Shown here: positions 46,822 to 54,366 of the stretch, piece after piece
Layout of the letters: each line of letters opens with the position of its first letter
Numbering within the stretch: the first letter of the stretch is position 1
Source: Pseudomonadota bacterium
GTDB lineage: Bacteria; Bdellovibrionota; Bdellovibrionia; Bdellovibrionales; Bdellovibrionaceae
Direction of reading: 5' to 3'
Assembly (NCBI GenBank): GCA_041178425.1
Contig: JBEGVH010000040.1
Location: 64,001 to 128,000, forward strand
Length of the DNA stretch: 64,000 nucleotides
Notes under the pieces: generated by a model
What the model saw: the letters and a program-made list of their open reading frames with translations, nothing else
Databases searched by the model: none
Told to the model about the DNA's origin: nothing
Program-made: the position numbers and the translations under genes

Positions 46822-48589
46822 TTATTTTCTCTGTTTCCAAGGTCTTTATAAATTGCCGAAAGGGTTCTGAGGTCTTTATGAGCTCAGCTAGAGTTCCTTG
46901 TTCGCGTAGGGCTCCATTTTCGATAAAGAGGATTCTATCTACCTCTTTAAGGACCGATAATCGATGAGTGGCGAGAATTCTGGTTTTACTGACCCATCGC
47001 CCCTTTAGGAGAGATCGAATCATTGCCTGCTCCGTATTTATATCGAGGGCACTCAAGGAATCATCCATTAAAACCACCGGGCAATCATAAAAATCGGCCC
47101 TAGCGAGGTTGACTCTTTGTTTTTGCCCTCCAGACAAATTGACCCCTCTTTCTCCGATTTCTGTTTCTAGTTGCTCAGGAAGATTTTCGCCATCGATTCG
47201 AAATTGAGCCAGCTGAAGGCATTGAGTAACTCGGGCATCTAATTTGTTCGTGACTTGATAGTCGAAGGCAATGTTGTCGCGGAGGTTAGCACTCATTACA
47301 AAGCCCTCCTGCGGAACGTAGGCAAAATGCCGACACAACTGCTCTTGAGAGCAAGAAAGAACACTTTCGCCATTGATACGATAGGTGGCAAATTGAGCGC
47401 CTGTCTCACCTATAAGAGAAAGAAGGAGAAGAGATTTTCCGGAGCCAACCTCTCCCACAATGGCAACAAACTCTCCTGAATCGATTGAAAAACTAATATC
47501 TTTTAATAGGTTGGTACCATTGAGGCTTAGATTCAGATGAGCGATGTCAATGCTAGGGCCTGAGGTTTCCATTCGAGATATATTTCGGTCTTCGGTGGCG
47601 GGCCAATCTCTCCCCTGATTTTGGAGGCTCAAAAAAGCTGAAATTCTCTTGAGGGAGGTCCATCCATCAAATCCAAAAGTGAAGAACCAGGGTAGCTGGC
47701 GAAAAGGGCGGGTTAAGAAGATTCCCAGTATCCATAGTAAACTGAGGAGCTCTCCTGGCGTAACGGCTCCTTCTCTCTCATGTACGAGTATATAAACTGC
47801 GACTATATTGATGACAAAGGTAACGGTCGAAGAAACAGAATTCATTGTTTGGCCGTTGGTCACCATGGCAATTCGATTATTTGTTTCAGTCACTCGCATG
47901 GACTGAATTTTTTTTTCATAGGCTTCGACCCAACCCAAAATTTTAAGGGCCTTTATATTTAGAATCCATTCATTGACCAGTCCAATTCTCTCAGAGGCCA
48001 GTTGCTTAAAGCGAGTGAAGAAAACGGCCTGTCTCATCGCCAAAAAACTATTAATCGCAATCACAACGGCCATCACAAATAAAATTTTGGACAGCGGTAG
48101 ATGAAAGAGCCACTGAAGGCCGAGGGGAGCTAACAAGAGTGGAAATAATGTGGCCGCTCCGGTGGGCAACGATTGCTCAATAAAAATGGTTGCACCCATC
48201 ACGTCGGTGGCATAGAGCGCGACGATCTCACCAACCGTTTTTCCTTGGAGGCTGTCAGGTCGGAGGTTCAGAGTTTTTTGGTATATTTGCTCCCCCAATC
48301 TTTTCTGCAGAACAACAGCTTCTCTCATTCCGATGTAGTTGGCCGCGAAGCCAAAGAGCTGACTGAGCAGCATACAAAAAAAAGCCACAAAAACGAGGCT
48401 AAGAGGAGAGAGACTATTTTCGAAATCGAAAAAAGTGGCAGATGGTACGGAGAGGAGTCCGTCAATGAAATGTTTCTGAAAATAGGGGCCTAAAATACCC
48501 GTGAGGGCTCCCAAGAAGCTGAGAAAAATGATCAAAGCTCTCCAAGGCCATCGGTGCAAAAAGATTAAACGAAACAAGTGTAACGTCAT
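46805..48589 (-). CDS. ABC exporter half (TMD+NBD) resembling the N-terminal half of ABCC/MRP
   Basis: GEVGSGKS, AYVPQE, EIGERGVNLSGGQKQR and a degenerate Walker B LMDDSLSALD. Confidence 0.9.
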   Translation of the reverse strand: MTLHLFRLIFLHRWPWRALIIFLSFLGALTGILGPYFQKHFIDGLLSVPSATFFDFENSLSPLSLVFVAFFCMLLSQLFGFAANYIGMREAVVLQKRLGEQIYQKTLNLRPDSLQGKTVGEIVALYATDVMGATIFIEQSLPTGAATLFPLLLAPLGLQWLFHLPLSKILFVMAVVIAINSFLAMRQAVFFTRFKQLASERIGLVNEWILNIKALKILGWVEAYEKKIQSMRVTETNNRIAMVTNGQTMNSVSSTVTFVINIVAVYILVHEREGAVTPGELLSLLWILGIFLTRPFRQLPWFFTFGFDGWTSLKRISAFLSLQNQGRDWPATEDRNISRMETSGPSIDIAHLNLSLNGTNLLKDISFSIDSGEFVAIVGEVGSGKSLLLLSLIGETGAQFATYRINGESVLSCSQEQLCRHFAYVPQEGFVMSANLRDNIAFDYQVTNKLDARVTQCLQLAQFRIDGENLPEQLETEIGERGVNLSGGQKQRVNLARADFYDCPVVLMDDSLSALDINTEQAMIRSLLKGRWVSKTRILATHRLSVLKEVDRILFIENGALREQGTLAELIKTSEPFRQFIKTLETEKINEVEN

Positions 48590-48766
48590 ACCTGACTTTA
48601 GCCAACAGACCAGAGGGTGTCAAAGGAGGCTTCAATGTTTTGGAGGGAGAAGATAATGGCGACTCTGAGTCCTGAGTGTCCTCGAACTATTTGCCCTTTG
48701 GATGAAAAAACGTCACTCTTGAAAGGAGAAGCTATTCAGGCTGTATTTTGAGGTGGGACTGCACTT

Positions 48767-49675
48767 ATGGCATATCAGTTTTTGGCTGGTGACCGGCACG
48801 AAGGTTACTCTAGCAGTATTGTTAAAAAGCTCATGGTTTTTCCGCAAGGCAAAGTAACTCATGTAAAAGAGTTTATAGACGTCTTTAGAAAGGCTCGCGC
48901 GCAGAGTTTCGATGGTATTTTTCTGACAGAAGACATCGGAACAATGAATTTGGGTAAATTGGTTACGGCTTTGCGAGATATCGAAATTAATCGAAGAACT
49001 CCTATTTTTATTTTAAGTTCCAATCCAGCTCAATACGGTGATTTGGCTCGTGAATTTGAACATGTTATGGCCATTCACGTCGAAACGGGAATCAGCGACG
49101 CGATTCAGTGGATTGAAAATTGGTTGTTAAGGGGCCAAGGACAAGAAGATCAAGAGACTCATCCACCAGTTAAAATTGATATGAGAATTGTAAAACAATT
49201 GATTGACGCCACCAAATATTCGATTGAAATTTTCTCGGGCGTTTCTTCTGTGCGATCGATGCCTACTGAAAACTTCTACAAAAGCACCCGATACATCGAC
49301 CATGTTTCTGTGGCGGGAGTGACGGCCATTTTGTCGACGGTTTTTGCTGGGAGTATATTGATTGCCTTTCCCACGGACACATTATTAAGAATCGTTAGTG
49401 GAGCTCTTGGGGAGACGTGTTCGACATTCACCGACGAAGTCAAATCAACAACCGGTGAACTCATCAATATCATTTATAGCCAGGCAAAACGGACCCTCGT
49501 CGAAGATATGAACATGGACTTCATGAAATCGAGACCTTTTGTGATCGATGAACAATCCAGAATCCGAAGCTACCATGGCTCAGCCTCTTATATTGTTCCT
49601 TTTGAAAGCGAAGCTGGTCGATTTTTTCTTATTGTTGCCTTTGAGTCGATTCGTTCTTCAGCAACGGCCGAATAA
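48767..49675 (+). CDS. CheX-family phosphatase with an N-terminal degenerate receiver-like domain
   Basis: C-terminal GSILIAFP, GELINIIYSQAK (E-x2-N) and VPFESEAGRF. N-terminal FDGIFL and TPIFILSS. Confidence 0.8.
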   Translation: MAYQFLAGDRHEGYSSSIVKKLMVFPQGKVTHVKEFIDVFRKARAQSFDGIFLTEDIGTMNLGKLVTALRDIEINRRTPIFILSSNPAQYGDLAREFEHVMAIHVETGISDAIQWIENWLLRGQGQEDQETHPPVKIDMRIVKQLIDATKYSIEIFSGVSSVRSMPTENFYKSTRYIDHVSVAGVTAILSTVFAGSILIAFPTDTLLRIVSGALGETCSTFTDEVKSTTGELINIIYSQAKRTLVEDMNMDFMKSRPFVIDEQSRIRSYHGSASYIVPFESEAGRFFLIVAFESIRSSATAE

Positions 49676-49795
49676 GCTTGAGGTCCATGCTAAAGTCCAT
49701 CCCAACTACATTGGTCTAGAACCTTTTAGCCTCTCTCCAGACTTTTTGAGGGGCGAGGTCGCTTGTGCTAGTGTGATGGAAAGAGGAGATCTGAC

Positions 49796-51052
49796 ATGCC
49801 TTTGCTTCGAGCGTTTTTGGGGATCTGTGTGCTCATAGGTTTTTGTTATGTTATCAGTTCCCATCGTAAAAAGATTTTGTGGTCTGAAATTGTGTATGCT
49901 CTCCTGCTTCAAATTCTTTTCGCTTTTCTGGTTTTGAAAGTTCCTGGGGTCGTCTCTGTTTTTGATTTTATATCGAGCTTTTTTGTCAAAGTCTTAGATT
50001 ACACCCGAGAGGGATCAGAGTTTCTCTTTGGTCAGTTAATGAAAGTTGATTCCGTGGGATTTATTTTTGCCTTTCAAGTTTTGCCCACGATTGTCTTTTT
50101 CTCGGCCCTCACGACCCTGTTGTACTATTTCGGGATCCTACAGAAGGTTGTTTATGCTTGCGCCTGGGTGATGTCCAAAGGAATTCGGTTGTCAGGGGCT
50201 GAAAGCCTGTCGACAGCGGGAAATATTTTTCTAGGTCAAACAGAAGCCCCACTCTTAATTAAGCCTTATTTACCAACAATGACACGGTCGGAATTGCTGT
50301 GCGTGATGATTGGAGGAATGGCTAACATTGCAGGAGGAGTCTTGGCGGCGTATGTGGGCTTTTTGGGAGGAGAAGATCCTGTTCAACGGCAATTATTTGC
50401 CACCCATCTGCTCTGCGCCTCGATCATGTCGGCGCCGGCGACTATTTTGGTCTCCAAATTAATCGAACCCGAGACGGCGCGCGAGAAGCTCGACACCAAA
50501 CTGCGACAAGTCGATATCCCTGCCGGGCATAATGCCTTAGATGCAATTTGTTTAGGAACGACTGAGGGAATGGGGCTCGCGATGAATGTGGGGGCCATGC
50601 TTCTCGTTTTTACTGCGGTCATGGCCATGGCCAATTCTTTGATTGGGGGATTGGGGACGCTTGTAGGGGGAGAGGCGACGCACTGGAGTCTTCAGGCCGC
50701 CTTAAGCTATTTGTTTTCCCCAGTGGCATGGATAATCGGGGTTGATGGCAGTGACATCACTAAAGTGGGACAGCTGTTGGGTGAGAAGACTATTCTCAAT
50801 GAGTTTTATGCTTACGGAACTCTGGCAAAATTTAAGGCCGCTGGCGCCTTCGAGAGCCAACGATCTCTGATTATTGCGACCTACGCGCTTTGTGGATTCG
50901 CAAATTTTGCGTCGATTGGTATACAAGTCGGAGGGATCTCGCAAATGGCCCCCAGTCAACGAAAAACACTCACCCAACTTGGCATTAAAGCCCTGGTGGG
51001 GGGTACCATCTGCACGCTCATGACGGCCACCATTGTGGGTGCCATCTATTAA
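49796..51052 (+). CDS. nupC: Concentrative nucleoside transporter (CNT/NupC family)
   Basis: FAFQVLPTIVFFSAL, NIFLGQTEAPL, KTILNEF and YALCGFANFASIGIQ. Confidence 0.92.
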   Translation: MPLLRAFLGICVLIGFCYVISSHRKKILWSEIVYALLLQILFAFLVLKVPGVVSVFDFISSFFVKVLDYTREGSEFLFGQLMKVDSVGFIFAFQVLPTIVFFSALTTLLYYFGILQKVVYACAWVMSKGIRLSGAESLSTAGNIFLGQTEAPLLIKPYLPTMTRSELLCVMIGGMANIAGGVLAAYVGFLGGEDPVQRQLFATHLLCASIMSAPATILVSKLIEPETAREKLDTKLRQVDIPAGHNALDAICLGTTEGMGLAMNVGAMLLVFTAVMAMANSLIGGLGTLVGGEATHWSLQAALSYLFSPVAWIIGVDGSDITKVGQLLGEKTILNEFYAYGTLAKFKAAGAFESQRSLIIATYALCGFANFASIGIQVGGISQMAPSQRKTLTQLGIKALVGGTICTLMTATIVGAIY

Positions 51053-51108
51053 ATCTCTAATTCTGCACCCACTTTCAGAGGGCTGACGGTGAGTGTGATT
51101 GGTTTGCT

Positions 51109-51594
51109 TTAAGCTGCTTTTTGTTTTTTCTGAATAAATCGAAAGTATTTACTTTCAATCACATCGATTTCCATGGGTTCATTTTTTGAATCAACAACAG
51201 ACTCTGGAATATGAAGAGCACCGTGGTCATCGTATTCTTTTCCTAAGGTGAAAAGAACCTGTTTTTCTTCTCCCGTTCCATCAGAATAATAAGGAACAAA
51301 AAATGATTCAACCTTGCCCGTCGCAGGTAAAAAACCATCTACCATATTTATTTGATCAACAATAATTTTTGGACAATGGCGATAGACAACCTTTGTTTTT
51401 GGGAACGGGCTGAGCCATTTGATCCACTCTCTGATTCCACACGAATTAATCCCTTTGACCTCTTTAAAGTCAAAAATAAGAGTGTTGGCTCCATTGAGAA
51501 CATCGCTCGAGAGAGTCACCTCTTCGTCGATAGAGCCCGACACATCGATAAGAAGAGTGTCCTGAGTTTTCTTAATGTTAAAATTATTTGCCAT
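51109..51594 (-). CDS. STAS-domain anti-sigma-factor antagonist-like protein
   Basis: VSGSIDE and FDFKEVKGINSCGIREW, with Ser at the usual phosphoacceptor position. Confidence 0.75.
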   Translation of the reverse strand: MANNFNIKKTQDTLLIDVSGSIDEEVTLSSDVLNGANTLIFDFKEVKGINSCGIREWIKWLSPFPKTKVVYRHCPKIIVDQINMVDGFLPATGKVESFFVPYYSDGTGEEKQVLFTLGKEYDDHGALHIPESVVDSKNEPMEIDVIESKYFRFIQKKQKAA

Positions 51595-52411
51595 TACGTC
51601 CTCCTGTTGGGGGAATGTTTAAAAATTGTAGGTTTTTACCAATAGCGCAAAATTGTTTGTAGCTGGTTCTTAGAGGAAAAGTACAACTCACTAAAGTGGC
51701 TTCTCCTTTTTTGACAGCGATTGTAATGCCGGTAGAGTAGCGATGGAGAAGTGAACAGCCGATCCCGGCTCCACCGGGTTTATCACCAAGATTGATGATA
51801 TTTTTAGTACCGCTCAATTCAATATCGCGCATTCGCTGGATTATTTTAGGAATATGAAGGCTGCCATAAGCATCAATACAGGTGATGGTTGCCTTGTGCT
51901 GATCGTAAGCGGCAATGATCTCTGATGTTTTAGTCGACTTCTCTAAGCCCATTTTGATGGCCTCTTGGGGGGCATCGTAAACGGCGTTCATGAATAATTC
52001 TTCGAATGCTATTCTCATATGATCAGAAATAGTTGCTGACTCAGCCGCTGCGAAAAAAGGTTCCAACTTGTTAAGAATCAAATCTTTTTCTTTGGCGAGT
52101 GAAAAGGTTAAATTCACAGATTTAGGTTTTTCCTCATAGAGGGCCAGAAGGGGATTTGCGAGAAAGCCTTCTGGGTCAGATTTGACCTTAAGAGCCACGA
52201 GGAGTTCTTCGAGAAAGTTTCGATTATTGCTGTTTAGAAAAGTATTAAAGGGTCCGCGTGTTGCCAGTTCTAAAATTTGTCCCTCTGCCCATTGTGACGA
52301 ATGGAGCACTGTTTTTTCTGGGTCTGAGTATATTATTTTTCCTTGCCGATATTCGGTGACGTCAAAGGATGAAAAAGAGTCCATAAATTCGAAGAGTTTT
52401 GGGGCACTCAT
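51584..52411 (-). CDS. HATPase_c (RsbW/SpoIIAB-like) serine kinase
   Basis: N-box FEELFMNAVYD, G1 CIDAYG and G2 GGAGIG; no His-kinase H-box. Confidence 0.75.
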   Translation of the reverse strand: MSAPKLFEFMDSFSSFDVTEYRQGKIIYSDPEKTVLHSSQWAEGQILELATRGPFNTFLNSNNRNFLEELLVALKVKSDPEGFLANPLLALYEEKPKSVNLTFSLAKEKDLILNKLEPFFAAAESATISDHMRIAFEELFMNAVYDAPQEAIKMGLEKSTKTSEIIAAYDQHKATITCIDAYGSLHIPKIIQRMRDIELSGTKNIINLGDKPGGAGIGCSLLHRYSTGITIAVKKGEATLVSCTFPLRTSYKQFCAIGKNLQFLNIPPTGGRNGK

Positions 52412-54243
52412 GCGGCGTCTCCATATTTTACACAGAAAAAGGTAACATCATCAACAAGGGTTGTATTCGTTCGGTAAGACTGTAGGGAGTTGTTCATCAT
52501 GTTCACAAACTTAGGAGGATTGGATCTTTCGGGCATCGTCTCGAGAATAATCCTCAGAAACTCTCGTTCTCCCAGTGATTGCCCCGAAGGGCTTTGAATG
52601 TCGGCGATTCCATCCGTGTAAAAAAAGATAAAATCGTTAGGGTCTAATTGAAAACTCGTTTGCTCGTACACGGTGGCTGGGTCTTGGCCTAGGCGGGCAT
52701 TATTGACATCAATCAGAGGTTTGAGATCTTTTTTTCTTGGTTTCTGAATGTCGGCTTTTAGTAAATAAGGCGCTTCATGACTGGCATTGCAATAAGTAAA
52801 AACTCCTGTTTCGGTATCAATGATTCCTAGAAAAAAAGTCATCATGACTCGACCTCGTGAAACGTCGTAAATCGAGCGATTAAGAAGGCGCATAATTTGT
52901 TTGGCATCGAGGGTAAAGTGTTCCATCACACTCGCAGCACTGCGCGCGGCACTCGTGATAAGGGCTGCGGGGGCACCGTGGCCGGTGGCATCTCCTATAC
53001 AGAGCATGATCCTTTTATTGATTTTAGCGTAGTACCACCAGTCGCCTCCGCATTCGCTGGCAGGTTCGTAATGGCCGGCAATATGAACGTTGCCAAAGAC
53101 TTGTGTGGTCGGGGGAAAGAGAGTTTCTTGAACGGTTCTGGCGGTTTGCAGTTCCCCTTCCATCCTGGCTTTTTCAGCCGTCTCATTGAGGAGTCTGGCC
53201 ACTTCGGTCGACATGAGGTTAAACGAAGTCGCGAGGGAGCCAATCTCATCTTTCGACGGTACATTCACCCGAAACGTGAACTCCCCCTGAGCAATTCGTT
53301 GAGTGGCACTCAGGAGATCTCTGAGGGCTTTCGTAAGAGTTTGCGAGCCAATGATGCTCAAAAGTAGAGTAATACTCAAGAGAATGCCCGCAAAAAGCAA
53401 AGATTTAGTGACGAGAGTTTTGATAGCGGAGAGGGCCTTTTCTCTGTCAACGATAGATGTCACAATGAGTTTTCCGAAGCCAATTTTGTTATAGGACACC
53501 AGATAGCCTGATTTTTTTCTTTCGACGAGTTCTGTGCCTTCGGTGCTGTTTTTCTTTTTGAGGACTTTGAAAAATTCTGAATCGAGAATAGTCGGTGTGT
53601 TTTTTTTCTGAGTCACTTTTTCCTGGTAACCAAAGAGAAAATCACCGGAGTCTGTGGCCAGAAAGAGAGATTGGTTAGCTTTTGCGGAAAATAGATCAGC
53701 AAGTTCCTGACTCCTAAAAACGATTGCAAATTTTAAAACGCTTTTGTCAATAGGGTTTTCGATACTTTCAATCAAAAGAATATTTTCGTTCTTAAAAGGC
53801 GTGCGAACGAGGTGAGTTTCGTCTTTGTACCCATTCACCAACTGATTGATTTGTTGGAGGCTGGCAATAAAATCTTCGAGATCTTCTGGGTTTTTCTTTA
53901 AATGGTCTTTCAGCGTCAGTGGGGATTTCGAGCTATCAAGAAGCCCTATAAAAAGGAGATTGCTCTCGCCATTAAAAGTTTCGCGAGAGAGCATCCCAAA
54001 TTCACCATTGCCGACTCGATCTTGAAGAACTGGTTTCACCGAAGCTAAAATGGTCTGAAAGGTTCCCCTGGCTTGAGAGGCCAAACTTCGGTTAACATTT
54101 GAATTTGTATCGTAAATGTAAGCAATTTTGTCTTTTTCGAATACATTGATAACGAGTAACAAATAGGAGCCAAGCAGCAGTAGTGGAACTACTGTCAGGA
54201 GTATCATCACCTTGTATTTCAGCGAAAGGTCTGACCAACTCAT
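52408..54243 (-). CDS. Membrane sensor with HAMP and SpoIIE/PP2C phosphatase domains (RsbU-like)
   Basis: Two TMs flanking a periplasmic domain, HAMP DEIGSLATSFN, ECGGDW, GDATGHG, YTDG and DDVT. Likely start 54243 or 54261, not 54483. Confidence 0.9.
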   Translation of the reverse strand: MSWSDLSLKYKVMILLTVVPLLLLGSYLLLVINVFEKDKIAYIYDTNSNVNRSLASQARGTFQTILASVKPVLQDRVGNGEFGMLSRETFNGESNLLFIGLLDSSKSPLTLKDHLKKNPEDLEDFIASLQQINQLVNGYKDETHLVRTPFKNENILLIESIENPIDKSVLKFAIVFRSQELADLFSAKANQSLFLATDSGDFLFGYQEKVTQKKNTPTILDSEFFKVLKKKNSTEGTELVERKKSGYLVSYNKIGFGKLIVTSIVDREKALSAIKTLVTKSLLFAGILLSITLLLSIIGSQTLTKALRDLLSATQRIAQGEFTFRVNVPSKDEIGSLATSFNLMSTEVARLLNETAEKARMEGELQTARTVQETLFPPTTQVFGNVHIAGHYEPASECGGDWWYYAKINKRIMLCIGDATGHGAPAALITSAARSAASVMEHFTLDAKQIMRLLNRSIYDVSRGRVMMTFFLGIIDTETGVFTYCNASHEAPYLLKADIQKPRKKDLKPLIDVNNARLGQDPATVYEQTSFQLDPNDFIFFYTDGIADIQSPSGQSLGEREFLRIILETMPERSNPPKFVNMMNNSLQSYRTNTTLVDDVTFFCVKYGDAA

Positions 54244-54333
54244 CGCATTGCTTATCGTCATTTTAGGGGGAGTCAATAGTCCTGAAGTTTTAACTGACGG
54301 GTTGTTGAAAAAAACCAAGACGAAGGTCCAATT

Positions 54334-54359
54334 TAAAGGCTCAAAGAAAAGTCCGATAG
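54334..54359 (+). promoter_or_regulatory. Possible sigma-28-type promoter
   Basis: TAAAGGCT-N10-TCCGATAG (spacer 1 nt shorter than consensus), ending 7 nt before ATG 54367. Confidence 0.4.
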
Positions 54360-54366
54360 TGGCTGT

